Positions 1-9,460 of a stretch of 64,000 nt of DNA are shown piece by piece; position 1 is the stretch's first letter; each line of letters starts with the position of its first letter. This DNA comes from Minisyncoccota bacterium. Lineage in GTDB: Bacteria; Patescibacteriota; Minisyncoccia; Phycocordibacterales; CAIZLB01. The notes beneath the pieces were generated by a model that saw only the letters and a list, made by a program, of their open reading frames with translations, did no database searches and had not been told where the DNA came from. Both the position numbers and the translations under genes were made by a program. The stretch is taken from the NCBI GenBank assembly GCA_021734945.1, contig JAIPIA010000001.1, positions 180,415 through 244,414 on the forward strand, in the 5' to 3' direction.

Positions 1-496
1 TTACCCTACTGTTGTAACAAGAGAAGAATCTGAATCAAGTCGGAATACTTGGAGTGTGTGGAGTTCTTTAACATTTTTGCTTGAAAAAGACTGTGCAAAA
101 CATAGTACAAATATTTCAGATATGTTTGTTGAATACAATGACGGAGGAATACTTTTGGATAACTATATTAAAAATCATGCTCAGGGTGGAGGTTTTGATT
201 TTACAGATAAGGGAATTACAACTATAAATGGACGTACATACTATCGATATACATTTGAAGATAAAAATAGAATATATAAAGAAAAAAATGATACATTTTA
301 CTACTCAATTATCTACTCAACTTTGGTTGGAGACAAAGTAGTGGTGTCAGCATTTAATGGAACAAGTGATGTATACGGATCAGTACGAGATTTCCAAAAT
401 CAAACACAGACATTCCTCGCTGGAACTGTTTATGGAACGAGTACTCCTGGAAGTCTCCCGTATCAACCACCCTCTACGCAAAGTACAGCCAATTAG
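1..496 (+). CDS. Hypothetical protein, 3' portion. The frame is open to the window start, so the N-terminus probably lies upstream.
   Basis: Frame 2 is open from base 2 with no stop through 496. The ATG at 56 is probably internal. No recognisable motif. Confidence 0.35.
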   Translation, partial: YPTVVTREESESSRNTWSVWSSLTFLLEKDCAKHSTNISDMFVEYNDGGILLDNYIKNHAQGGGFDFTDKGITTINGRTYYRYTFEDKNRIYKEKNDTFYYSIIYSTLVGDKVVVSAFNGTSDVYGSVRDFQNQTQTFLAGTVYGTSTPGSLPYQPPSTQSTAN

Positions 497-590
497 GTAG
501 GTATGAGCCTTAAAGTACGGTTACTTCACTTGAGAGGATAAGAGGCTCTAGAACCCCTCAAATCTAGCCTGTTTTAGCTCTTTTGAAGGG

Positions 591-619
591 TTGCAACGAG
601 GCTCAACATAATGTATACT
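591..619 (+). promoter_or_regulatory. Sigma70-like promoter for rplU
   Basis: TTGCAA (591-596), a 17-nt spacer, then TATACT (614-619). The ATG of L21 follows 8 nt after the -10, which implies a leaderless or near-leaderless mRNA. Confidence 0.5.
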
Positions 620-627
620 CTCAGTCT

Positions 628-1011
628 ATGGCAAATGCTACATCAAAAAAACCAACTATAGGCGTTACAAAGCTCAAAGAAGTAGCTTCTGGAGACGCTT
701 TTTCAGTTATCAAAACAGGCGGAAAACAGTACCGTGTTTCTGCTGGTGATATTATCAAGATAGAGATTATGAAGGGTGAATTCAATGTTGGAGACAAGCT
801 CGATTTTAATGAAGTTGTACTTGTTGACACAGGTTCAGAGACAAAGGTAGGAACTCCTAACGTTGCTGGCGCTATTGTAAAAGGCGAGATTGTAGAAATC
901 GGCCGAGATGCAAAAGTTATCGTAGCTCGATACAAACAGAAGTCACGATCAGGTTTCAAGAAAAACGGTCACCGACAGCCATTCTTCAAGGTAAAGATTC
1001 TATCACTCTAG
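628..1011 (+). CDS. rplU: 50S ribosomal protein L21 (bL21)
   Basis: 'VIKTGGKQYRVSAGDIIKIE' and C-terminal 'KNGHRQPFFKVKI' are hallmark L21 motifs. The start is taken as the internal Met at 628 because the promoter overlaps the longer ORF. Confidence 0.85.
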   Translation: MANATSKKPTIGVTKLKEVASGDAFSVIKTGGKQYRVSAGDIIKIEIMKGEFNVGDKLDFNEVVLVDTGSETKVGTPNVAGAIVKGEIVEIGRDAKVIVARYKQKSRSGFKKNGHRQPFFKVKILSL

Positions 1012-1076
1012 CAAGTCCACTATCTAAATCTTGGTTCTCGAGCCACTCGGCTTATGAGATAAAGGAAAGGAAAAAA

Positions 1077-1101
1077 AACACCCGCTCTGGGTGTTTTTTT
1101 A
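1077..1101 (+). terminator. Rho-independent terminator after rplU
   Basis: Stem AACACCC/GGGTGTT with a 5-nt loop, followed by TTTTTTT. Confidence 0.7.
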
Positions 1102-1103
1102 TT

Positions 1104-1145
1104 TAATAAAAAAGGAGACCCTGTGCATTTGCTGCGCAGGGTCTC
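1104..1145 (-). terminator. Rho-independent terminator after the CYTH-like gene (convergent with the rplU terminator)
   Basis: Perfect 9-bp stem GAGACCCTG/CAGGGTCTC. On the minus strand it is followed by TTTTTATTAAAT. Confidence 0.65.
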
Positions 1146-1172
1146 GTATCTTTGACACGTACAAACAAAGGT

Positions 1173-1724
1173 TCAATGCGTTGATTCCGTTGCTTTCACA
1201 AAGGCAAGTGGTAAACCATGTTCTGCCATGTGACTGTCAGAAAACTGCTGGTCATCCGTGACATTTAGTAACTTGAAGAATGGAGGAGTTCTGACGGCGA
1301 AGCGATCAGGGGTGTCCGACACTTCAACGTCCATAATGGCAAGGCCATGCAATTTCCCGTTGTTCATGTCGATTGCGAAAACCTGGTCTCCGTCTTTGAA
1401 TTCGAACCGGATCTTGGAGATTTCGGCGCGATCTAGGTGAAGCCCCGATGCAATATGACTTTGGTATTCCTCAGCTGTTATTGGGATTTCCATTTCCTTT
1501 TGCCTAGCTGAAAATTCCGCTGATTGTTGTCCGTAGTAATACTCACAATCTTTGCCGGTATGGGACACTTTACGGACCGTGCATTCTTCGGCACCCGGGC
1601 CTCCTGACTTCCTCAGATAGCTGATCTTGATTAGCGAGATGTTGGTTCCTATTGGTAACTGTCGTAGGTCGAAGTCTGTGACCCAGAACCTGATTTTCAT
1701 TGTTCGGTTGTTTCCTTCGCTCAT
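1173..1724 (-). CDS. CYTH-like (CyaB / triphosphate-tunnel metalloenzyme-like) protein
   Basis: C-terminal 'FAIDMNNGKLHGLAIMDVEV' resembles the CYTH '..lD...glG.f.EiE' signature, and the N-terminus starts 'MKIRFWV'. The region is visibly GC-richer than its surroundings. Confidence 0.4.
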   Translation of the reverse strand: MSEGNNRTMKIRFWVTDFDLRQLPIGTNISLIKISYLRKSGGPGAEECTVRKVSHTGKDCEYYYGQQSAEFSARQKEMEIPITAEEYQSHIASGLHLDRAEISKIRFEFKDGDQVFAIDMNNGKLHGLAIMDVEVSDTPDRFAVRTPPFFKLLNVTDDQQFSDSHMAEHGLPLAFVKATESTH

Positions 1725-1895
1725 TAGTGGTCTCCTTGTTTGTTTTGGTTGGTGTGGTGAAAAGTTCGTACGCCAGGGCTCGCTTGCTTATATGCAAGAA
1801 ACGCGGACGGTCAGATATTTGTAGCTGATCCAAGGTAAATATGCCATTCAATATAAAATAAGTCAAACAAAAAAATAAGACAATCAAAGTTGAGG

Positions 1896-2639
1896 CTATC
1901 GTCGATTCATCAGCGCACTCTTCAGTGTCTCACTATCAGAGTACTCAAGTTCAGTACCTGTTGAAAGTCCTCGTCCTAGTGTTGAGATACGGAATCCGTG
2001 AACCTCTACAAGTGGCTTCAAAAGTCCTACTACATACGACGCCGTATGTTCACCTTCAGGGTTTACACTCGTTGCTAAGATAATTTCTTTAAGTCCACTC
2101 TTATTTTTTGAAGTACTAACCGGTATGTCACTTGATGCATTGCCATCTAATTCCGCCAAAATTGCACCAGTTGCGATGTCTGCGTCAGTTGCCTTACTTG
2201 TACCTTGAGCACTTCCAATCATTTGCCCAAGTCGTGAGAGTAACTCTTTTTGTCGTATGTGACTATCTGGCTCCTCATCAAAAATAGGTACGCTTCCACC
2301 AAGTACAAAATATAATCCATTGTATGCACGACTTCGTTCGACTGCCTGTAGGTCAATATCTCTTCCGACGATCATAAGTGTATCTATATCTCGGTTAGGG
2401 TCGCTACATATTGAACATACTGGTGCGAGAGGATTTACTACTTTATTTCCAACAGGGAAGAATCGCTGACATAAAGAACACATAGATACACTCTTTTTTA
2501 GTTCAAGTATATTTTTTGAAAAATCAGCTAAATCAGCATCAGTTTTAGTAAGTAAAAAATAAGCAAAACGCTTGGCTTGGCGAGGTCCAATTCCGGGGAA
2601 GTGTCTGAATATTTCTTCTAATTTGCCGAGTGCGTCCAT
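1896..2639 (-). CDS. recR: Recombination protein RecR
   Basis: HhH motif 'LEEIFRHFPGIGPRQAKRFAYFLL', a C4 zinc-finger 'CSLCQ...CSICSD', and a Toprim region. The start is set at the internal 'MDALGKLEE' to avoid overlap with dnaB. Confidence 0.85.
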   Translation of the reverse strand: MDALGKLEEIFRHFPGIGPRQAKRFAYFLLTKTDADLADFSKNILELKKSVSMCSLCQRFFPVGNKVVNPLAPVCSICSDPNRDIDTLMIVGRDIDLQAVERSRAYNGLYFVLGGSVPIFDEEPDSHIRQKELLSRLGQMIGSAQGTSKATDADIATGAILAELDGNASSDIPVSTSKNKSGLKEIILATSVNPEGEHTASYVVGLLKPLVEVHGFRISTLGRGLSTGTELEYSDSETLKSALMNRR

Positions 2640-2724
2640 TGTTGTATATCTTCGTTTAAATTGTGTTTTTTGAGCGACCAGAAGTGAATCTGCGAGCCAC
2701 GAATCATTATGTATTAAATATGCA

Positions 2725-4152
2725 TTATATATGATTACCAAAATCTCCAAAATCGCCACCTGCTTTGTCGATAGTAAGGAAGGTTGTTCTTTCTGGTACG
2801 AACTTGAGTTTTACTGCGCCTGTCGCACCGTTTCTGTGCTTTTCGATGAGAATTTCAGCGATAAAGTCGCGTTCATCATGATCCTTGTATCGGTCTTCTC
2901 GATGAATGAACATAACCACATCGGCATCCTGCTCGATAGAACCAGAGTCTCGAAGGTCAGAGAGGCGAGGTTTACCTCCACGCTGTTCAACGGCTCGTGA
3001 GAGCTGCGAGAGGGCAAGTACAGGTACATCAAGCTCTCGAGCAAGATGTTTGAGAGATCGTGAAATCTCAGTAACTTGTTGTACCATGTTGTCACTGTTT
3101 TTTGATTGTGTAGGCATCATAAGCTGGAGGTAGTCGACAATAATAAGGCCAAGACCTTTTTCTGATTTGAGTCGTCTTGCTGTACTTCGCATTTTGATAA
3201 TATTGTTTCCAGGTTGATCATCAATATAAATAGGAGCCTTACTCAAGATATCAATACCATCTCGAAGTTTTGCAAAATCATCTTCCTTGAGTTTTGCAGT
3301 TTTTAATTTCCAAGCATCGACAAAAGACACAGAAGAGAGCATACGAGATGTAAGTTGCTGGGCACTCATTTCAAGAGAGAAAATAGCTACAGGTACATTG
3401 TGAGTCACTGCAGCATTACGAGCGAGGTCGAGTGCAAATGAGGTTTTACCAACAGATGGTCGAGCCGCGAGAATAATGAGGTCAGATTTTTGGAAGCCTG
3501 AAAGAATGGCATCGAGATCACGGAATCCTGTTGGTACACCTCGTACTTGGTCTCCTGATTGATGCAATTTGTCGATAGTATCCCAAGCTTCATCGAGTGC
3601 ATCTTTCATTTCCACAAATTTCCGGTTCGTACCTTTGTTTGCAAGTGCATATACTTGCTGTTCAGCCTTATCGAGAATCTCTTCTAGATCACCTTGTTCT
3701 TCGTATCCAAGATGAGAGAGTTGTTCTGATGCAAGAATCAATCGTCTCATCATGAACTTTTTCTGAACAATTTCCGCATAGTGAACAACGTTTGATGCAG
3801 AGGGTACTGTGTGAACAAGTTCAGCAAGATAAGCACCTCCACCAGCTTGATCAAGCATGCCTTGGTTTTCAAGTTTTGTTTTAAGCGAAATAATATCTAC
3901 AGGTTCGTTTTTACCTGAGAGTTCTAACATCACATTGTAGATGAGTTTGTGTTTCTCACTATAAAAGGATTCAGATGTTACGACGTCGTTTATTTCGTAA
4001 AGTGCGTCACGACGCAAAAGAATAGAACCAAGAACTGCTTTTTCAGCATCTGTACTATTTGGTGGTATTCGCAAATCACGGTTTGTTGGCTGATGATTTT
4101 GTCGAGAGTCCTGCCTAGTATTGTTGTAGTAAGTTGATGCAGCTGTCTTCAT
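2725..4152 (-). CDS. dnaB: Replicative DNA helicase DnaB
   Basis: Walker A 'ARPSVGKTSFALDLA' and 'VAIFSLEMSAQQL' (DnaB H1a), with 'IIVDYLQLM' and 'DSGSIEQDADVVMFIHRED' motifs. No intein. Confidence 0.9.
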   Translation of the reverse strand: MKTAASTYYNNTRQDSRQNHQPTNRDLRIPPNSTDAEKAVLGSILLRRDALYEINDVVTSESFYSEKHKLIYNVMLELSGKNEPVDIISLKTKLENQGMLDQAGGGAYLAELVHTVPSASNVVHYAEIVQKKFMMRRLILASEQLSHLGYEEQGDLEEILDKAEQQVYALANKGTNRKFVEMKDALDEAWDTIDKLHQSGDQVRGVPTGFRDLDAILSGFQKSDLIILAARPSVGKTSFALDLARNAAVTHNVPVAIFSLEMSAQQLTSRMLSSVSFVDAWKLKTAKLKEDDFAKLRDGIDILSKAPIYIDDQPGNNIIKMRSTARRLKSEKGLGLIIVDYLQLMMPTQSKNSDNMVQQVTEISRSLKHLARELDVPVLALSQLSRAVEQRGGKPRLSDLRDSGSIEQDADVVMFIHREDRYKDHDERDFIAEILIEKHRNGATGAVKLKFVPERTTFLTIDKAGGDFGDFGNHI

Positions 4153-4326
4153 ACAGACATTCTACACCTAATGGCCACCATCAACTAGATGAAAAAAACT
4201 TAAAAATGTTATCAAACTGTTTATATCGTGGGGATAGTGTACAGGCTTTTATATTAGGGATATTTAGAGGTATTTAAGGTAATAATTACAAGATAGCGTC
4301 AAATTTTGGAAGCCTACAATAGATTC

Positions 4327-4887
4327 CTACAGAGTTTTTTCTTTAAAATAGATTGCCAATTTACTAAGTGTATATGAAATTATGATATATGAGACTATAA
4401 CCTCGACAAAATTTAGTGAGATATGACTTGATATTCCTCTAAAATCAAGAGCACTTAAAAATATAATAAAAACCCATGATACTAGACTGAATGTGGCAGT
4501 TGCAACTAATGGATCTTGGTGAAAGAGCATAGTGTTTGAAAGGTGAAAATACGCCTTCTGATGTCTCATGAGGGTAGGGAGGTGTATTTTTCTTAAGGTC
4601 ATTTCAGAAAGAAAGGCTAATGAGAAAATAATCAATTTAGCAGAGACAAGTCCAATTTTAAAATCAACTGCAGATTCCAAATAAAATGAGGTGTTTATTA
4701 TAAAACAAATAAGACCGAGAAAGGCTGAGACAAGAGAAAATAAACTAAGACTTTTAAGCATTACATACTCATGAGGCTTAATGATGTGATTCTTGAGTGA
4801 TAGAATGAAAAAAGAAGTAAATATGAATGCTGAACCTGCGCCTATTGCAATACATACTTGCTCTAGTGATATAAAAAGTAAATCCAT
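4327..4887 (-). CDS. Hypothetical polytopic membrane protein
   Basis: Multiple hydrophobic helices. No recognisable motif. Confidence 0.4.
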   Translation of the reverse strand: MDLLFISLEQVCIAIGAGSAFIFTSFFILSLKNHIIKPHEYVMLKSLSLFSLVSAFLGLICFIINTSFYLESAVDFKIGLVSAKLIIFSLAFLSEMTLRKIHLPTLMRHQKAYFHLSNTMLFHQDPLVATATFSLVSWVFIIFLSALDFRGISSHISLNFVEVIVSYIIISYTLSKLAIYFKEKTL

Positions 4888-4913
4888 AGCTGATTACAAG
4901 TATAGCAAATAAT

Positions 4914-6425
4914 CTAAATCTTTCGGAGAGTCTGTCCACTTTCTCCATCAAGCACTTCATATCCTGCATTTTTTATTTTGTCTCGAAGTTCGTCAGAAAG
5001 AGCCCAATTTTTTTCTTGGCGAGCTTTTCCTCGTTCTGCGATTTGATTGAGAATATTTTCAGGAATATCTGATTTGTCGATTGATTTGTTCGATTCAGCT
5101 TCTAGTTTTGCTTGCTTGAGTAAATCCAAACCGAGAAGTTTGTCGATTTTTTGTATTTGCTGAAACTTGTCAGTGTCTGAAACATTTTCGTCTTTTAATA
5201 AATCCCAAAGTAACACAATACATTTTGGAGTGTCCAAATCATTATTGATACTCTCGAGAACTTGTTGCCAATGCATGGTAGAAGAATCAAGTGCAGGGAC
5301 GTTGTGTAAAATATTTTCAACATTCATATATGTATCTGCTTCGATTGTTGAATTAGTTAGCAGTTTCGATATATGAGAAATAAGATTTTGGTAACCTTTA
5401 GCCGATGCTCGCACAGCCTCTTCTGAGTACTGTATTTGGGAGTTGTATCGAGCTTGTAGTAGCCAATATCTGTATTCAACAGGTTTGATGCCTTTCTCAA
5501 TGAGTGTAGCTAGTCTTGTAAAATCGCCTTTAGATTTTGACATTTTTCCATTAGAATCCTTTGTGTCGGAATTAACAAAAGCATTGTGAAGCCAATAGTG
5601 GGTAAGTGGTTGTCCGTGATGGACACATTCTGATTGTGCAATCTCATTATTGTGATGAACAGGTATATGATCTATTCCGCCAGTGTGGATATCGAATGTA
5701 TTCCCTAAATATTTTGCTGACATAGCGGAGCACTCTATGTGCCAACCAGGGAATCCTACACCCCATGGAGAATCCCACTCTTGATATCGTTCAGGTGCTC
5801 CTTCTTTAGTGTTTGAAAATTTCCATAAAGCAAAGTCTGTGAGGTTTCGTTTCTCATCATTCGTACCGATGCGAGCTCCTTCAACAAGACCTTTGAGATT
5901 TATATTTCCTAGTTTTCCGTATCCTGCATATTTTGATGTATCAAAATATATACCATCACTTGTTTTGTATGTATATCCGCTTGATTCTAGTACTTGTATC
6001 ATCTCTAGTTGCTCAGGTATGTGTTGCGAAGCTTTAGGAAAAATTGTTCCGTTCGTTTCTACATTGAGAGCACTAATATCATCAAAGAATATTTGAGTAT
6101 AATAATCAGAAATTTCTTTAGCAGTCTTTCCAGATGATTTTGCCATTTTTTCAATCTTGTCTTCGCCATCATCTCCAAGACCTTCGTCATTGCTTGCGGT
6201 AAGGTGTCCGACATCAGTTATGTTTATAACTTGGTGAATTGTATATTTATTGGCTTCAAACATACGTCGAAGAGTATCAGCTAGTACATATGCTCGGAGA
6301 TTTCCTATATGGAGATAGTTGTATACAGTAGGACCACAATGATACATAGAAATTTCTCCATTTTTTATAGGAGTAAAAAGCTCTTTTTTTCCGGACATTG
6401 TGTTGTGTAAGTAAATTGGGTTCAT
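4914..6425 (-). CDS. cysS: Cysteinyl-tRNA synthetase
   Basis: 'MYHCGPTVYNYLHIGN' (HIGH) and 'KMSKSKGDF' (KMSKS). Zinc-binding Cys/His pattern. Confidence 0.9.
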   Translation of the reverse strand: MNPIYLHNTMSGKKELFTPIKNGEISMYHCGPTVYNYLHIGNLRAYVLADTLRRMFEANKYTIHQVINITDVGHLTASNDEGLGDDGEDKIEKMAKSSGKTAKEISDYYTQIFFDDISALNVETNGTIFPKASQHIPEQLEMIQVLESSGYTYKTSDGIYFDTSKYAGYGKLGNINLKGLVEGARIGTNDEKRNLTDFALWKFSNTKEGAPERYQEWDSPWGVGFPGWHIECSAMSAKYLGNTFDIHTGGIDHIPVHHNNEIAQSECVHHGQPLTHYWLHNAFVNSDTKDSNGKMSKSKGDFTRLATLIEKGIKPVEYRYWLLQARYNSQIQYSEEAVRASAKGYQNLISHISKLLTNSTIEADTYMNVENILHNVPALDSSTMHWQQVLESINNDLDTPKCIVLLWDLLKDENVSDTDKFQQIQKIDKLLGLDLLKQAKLEAESNKSIDKSDIPENILNQIAERGKARQEKNWALSDELRDKIKNAGYEVLDGESGQTLRKI

Positions 6426-6526
6426 GTTATAGGTTCAGTATATTATGTATGTTTGATTCTTCTGTGAGATGTGTACAGTATATCCCGAATTAGGCCCCAA
6501 AAAAAGTTTGACCCAATACAGAATGT

Positions 6527-7789
6527 TTGAGATACTTTAGTGACATGAATATTTCTAATAACCCTCAGTATAAAAATTTAATCATTTCAGTTGCATTACT
6601 TGTATCATTTGGAGCTGTTTTTTATGTAGGTTTTTCATCAGGACAGTCGCAAATGGCAGAAGCAAGCAAGCTTGATAGTATTAGTGCGAGTCTAAATGCC
6701 ACAAAGGATAAACCAGATAGTGTTGACTTTGCACTTTTTTGGAAAGCTTGGAATATTGTCAATGAAAAATTTGTTCAGACACATGTAGCTAGTTCTACAA
6801 CTGATAAAGACAAGATTTACGGGGCTATTGCAGGTATGGTTCAAGCCGAAAAGGATCCTTATACAGTTTTCTTTCCTCCAGCAGAAGCTACAAACTTTGA
6901 ATCAGAAATAGAAGGCAATTTTGAGGGTGTAGGTATGGAAATGGGTATTAAAGCGGGTGTACTTACTGTTATTACACCACTCAAGGGTTCTCCAGCTGAG
7001 AAGGCAGGTATCAAATCTGGTGATAAAGTCATCCAAATTGAAGGTAAACTGACCGTTGATTATTCAATTGATCAAGCAGTAAAACTTATTAGAGGTAAAA
7101 AAGGCACAGAGGTGACACTTACAGTAGTCAGAGAAGGGATTACAAATCCTATCGAGGTTAAGATAGTTCGAGACGTTATAAATCTTCCTACTATTGATAC
7201 AATCGTAGACCAAAAAAATGGCATTTTCACTATTAAGTTATATAGCTTCTCTGCACAGTCTGCTTCTCTCTTTAGAAATGCTCTTCGTGATTTTATAAAC
7301 TCTAAACAAAACAGGCTTATTCTTGATTTACGAGGTAACCCTGGAGGTTTCCTAGATGCAGCTGTCGATATGGCTAGTTGGTTCCTTCCACCTGGTAAAA
7401 CTGTTGTTACAGAAGATTACGGTAGTGGTAAGACGCCAACTTCAGAAAGGAGTAAGGGATACAATATATTTAATGATAATCTCAAAATGGCTATCCTCAT
7501 TGATGGGGGATCAGCATCTGCTTCTGAGATTTTGGCAGGAGCGCTTAGCGAGTACGGTAAAGCAAAACTTGTTGGTACAAAGAGTTTTGGAAAAGGCTCA
7601 GTACAGGAGTACATCAAACTTAATAACGAAACAGCTTTAAAGGTCACAGTAGCAAGATGGCTTACACCAAATGGCAAGTCCATATCCGAAGAGGGTCTCA
7701 TCCCAGACGTAGAGGTCAAAATCACCCCTGAAGATGTGGCTGCTGGACGGGATCCACAAATGGACAAGGCGATTGAGCTTCTAAAGTAA
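6527..7789 (+). CDS. ctpA: Carboxy-terminal processing peptidase (S41) with PDZ domain
   Basis: PDZ 'GIKAGVLTVITPLKGSPAEKAGIKSGDKVIQIEG', S41 'LDLRGNPGG', and 'KSFGKGSVQ'. An N-terminal TM anchor. The start may be the second Met at about 6545. Confidence 0.85.
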   Translation: MRYFSDMNISNNPQYKNLIISVALLVSFGAVFYVGFSSGQSQMAEASKLDSISASLNATKDKPDSVDFALFWKAWNIVNEKFVQTHVASSTTDKDKIYGAIAGMVQAEKDPYTVFFPPAEATNFESEIEGNFEGVGMEMGIKAGVLTVITPLKGSPAEKAGIKSGDKVIQIEGKLTVDYSIDQAVKLIRGKKGTEVTLTVVREGITNPIEVKIVRDVINLPTIDTIVDQKNGIFTIKLYSFSAQSASLFRNALRDFINSKQNRLILDLRGNPGGFLDAAVDMASWFLPPGKTVVTEDYGSGKTPTSERSKGYNIFNDNLKMAILIDGGSASASEILAGALSEYGKAKLVGTKSFGKGSVQEYIKLNNETALKVTVARWLTPNGKSISEEGLIPDVEVKITPEDVAAGRDPQMDKAIELLK

Positions 7790-7914
7790 AGCGTATCTCG
7801 GTTGAAAAGTAGGCTAGTTCATGATAGAGTGTCTCTACTCTTAATTATAAAGAAATATCGCACATATGAGCCCTTTTACGGCAAATACAGCGTGACATAT
7901 TAAACAAAAAACAA

Positions 7915-8358
7915 ATGAAAGTTATTCTTCTCAAATCAGTACCAAAAATTGGCAAAAAATACGATGTTATGGACGTATCATCAGGTTTTGCTATGAACTC
8001 TCTCTTTCCACGAGGGCTTGCCGAACTTGCTACAGCAAAAGGACTAGTTCGAGTAAAAGAACTTAAAGCTGCTGAAGAAGTAGAGCGAAAAGTTCGAGAA
8101 GACCTCCTTCTCAAGAACCTCGGAGATATCTCATCAGCTTCTATTACTATCGAGGGTAAGGCTAATGATAAAGGTCATCTATTTGCAGGTTTACATAAGG
8201 CAGAGCTCGTAGCTGCTCTCAAGGAACAAGCTCATGTTGATATAACAGAAGAATACATTGTTCTCGATAAGGCAGTTAAAGAAGTAGGGGAACACAAGAT
8301 AGAGGTAAAGGTTCAAGATACGTCAGTGGAGTTTACTCTTACAGTTAAGGCTCTCTAG
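7915..8358 (+). CDS. rplI: 50S ribosomal protein L9
   Basis: 'MKVILLKSVPKIGKKYDVMDVSSGFAMNSLFPRGLA' is the canonical L9 N-terminal domain. Confidence 0.85.
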   Translation: MKVILLKSVPKIGKKYDVMDVSSGFAMNSLFPRGLAELATAKGLVRVKELKAAEEVERKVREDLLLKNLGDISSASITIEGKANDKGHLFAGLHKAELVAALKEQAHVDITEEYIVLDKAVKEVGEHKIEVKVQDTSVEFTLTVKAL

Positions 8359-8422
8359 TCTATCGGCCACTATGCGCCTGATTATCTTAGTAAAAAACAT
8401 CGTACAATATTAGTATCAAAAT

Positions 8423-8456
8423 AAACGCTCACTCAAAGGTGAGTGTTTATTTTTTG
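8423..8456 (+). terminator. Rho-independent terminator after rplI
   Basis: AAACGCTCAC / GTGAGTGTTT stem with one mismatch, followed by ATTTTTTG. Confidence 0.6.
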
Positions 8457-8540
8457 TAATAGTCTTAGCTACTATTTGATGTTAAAATCACTTTAAATGA
8501 TTAGTACGAGTAAGATTGTATTCTCCCGAAAATAAGTAGT

Positions 8541-8576
8541 CAAAACAAAAACCCCTTAATTTCTCGAGGGGTTTTT
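8541..8576 (-). terminator. Rho-independent terminator after rpmA
   Basis: AAAACCCC...GGGGTTTT perfect 8-bp stem. On the minus strand it is followed by TTTTGTTTTG. Confidence 0.65.
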
Positions 8577-8594
8577 GTTTAAGAGATATTGGGA

Positions 8595-8873
8595 TTACTT
8601 TGCATCAACATGTACAACCTTTTTAAGGTTTACTTTGTCGTCAAATGCTACAACTCGCTTTGTTCCATACTTAACTTTACCTTCTTTGAGAGCGTAAAGA
8701 GTGTGATCCTTTCCAAGACCTACATTTTTACCTGCCAAAAACTTTGTACCTCGCTGTCGAACAATGATAGCTCCAGCTGAAGCTACTTCGCCGGCGTAGA
8801 GTTTGATACCTAGGTACTGAGGATTTGAATCTCGAAGATTTTTAGCTGTACCTCCTGCTTTTTTTGTTGCCAT
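8595..8873 (-). CDS. rpmA: 50S ribosomal protein L27
   Basis: '[29 protein letters not shown]...IVRQRGTKF' is canonical L27. It is not adjacent to rplU. Confidence 0.9.
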   Translation of the reverse strand: MATKKAGGTAKNLRDSNPQYLGIKLYAGEVASAGAIIVRQRGTKFLAGKNVGLGKDHTLYALKEGKVKYGTKRVVAFDDKVNLKKVVHVDAK

Positions 8874-9043
8874 AGTATATTATGAGTAATTTTTAGAATT
8901 AATTTAAGCTCTCTTGAGGTGTCTTCTGTATACTTTCCTTATACCGCTCTTTATCTCCCGAAAAACTGATAAGGGGAGGCTAAAGGGTAGTATACATGAG
9001 TCGAAGTAGCCCTAAATAAGTAGCGTGTAAGAGTATAACCCAA

Positions 9044-9319
9044 ATGACATTAGATTTCAATACCCTAGATACGAGTGATAACCCCGGCGCCTCAGATAAA
9101 GCTTCTTGTATACCCAAGGCTACAAAATACATTTTTCTTATTATTGCGGTATGTTTTGTCTTAAGTCTAACTTCTGTTGTTCTAGGTCTACTTACACTTA
9201 AAAATATACCAAAACCAGAGCCTGTTTCTATACAATGTGACCCAGATTTGATCAAAAAAATAGAAAAACAAGCACAAGTTTTTGAAGAAATTACTAAAAG
9301 TACGAAAACCCAAAAGTAG
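9044..9319 (+). CDS. Small single-TM membrane protein (hypothetical)
   Basis: One clear TM helix, 'IFLIIAVCFVLSLTSVVLGLLTL'. Preferred over the overlapping minus-strand ORF. Confidence 0.3.
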   Translation: MTLDFNTLDTSDNPGASDKASCIPKATKYIFLIIAVCFVLSLTSVVLGLLTLKNIPKPEPVSIQCDPDLIKKIEKQAQVFEEITKSTKTQK

Positions 9320-9430
9320 ACAAAAAACAATGCAATATGTATGCCTTTTTGTAAAGGGTGGCATGACTAAAATAACCTTATTTTTAGCCATTAAATATAC
9401 AATATAGGGGTCGTTTTTGAGACTAAAAAC

Positions 9431-9460
9431 TTGACTTTGAGGTAGGGAGGGTGCTATTAT
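9431..9460 (+). promoter_or_regulatory. Sigma70-like promoter motif
   Basis: TTGACT, an 18-nt spacer, then TATTAT. Immediately followed by a short hairpin plus T-run (9470-9493). Confidence 0.3.

Noticed and set aside
621-959. Antisense ORFs overlapping well-supported genes (e.g. 621..959 minus versus rplU, 2731..3133 plus versus dnaB, 42413..42655 plus proline-rich versus the dnaJ G/F region, 43537..45027 plus versus dnaK)
   Set aside because: These are mirror-frame artefacts of real genes. The proline-rich one is simply the reverse complement of the Gly-rich DnaJ linker.
1570-1887. ORF 1570..1887 minus overlapping the 5' end of the CYTH-like gene
   Set aside because: It is an R/K/N-rich low-complexity translation in a GC-rich patch and partly overlaps the better-supported 183-aa ORF. 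It is probably the upstream leader.
6426-6526. T-box or other riboswitch leaders upstream of the aaRS genes (cysS, gltX, aspS, trpS, alaS)
   Set aside because: All upstream spacers are 180 nt or less and lack the specifier-loop/T-box 'AATTAGGGTGGNACCGCG'-like sequence. They are too short for a T-box.
8980-9391. Minus-strand ORFs 8980..9330 and 9188..9391
   Set aside because: They are low-complexity with no start context. The plus-strand small membrane ORF and the non-coding interpretation explain the region better.
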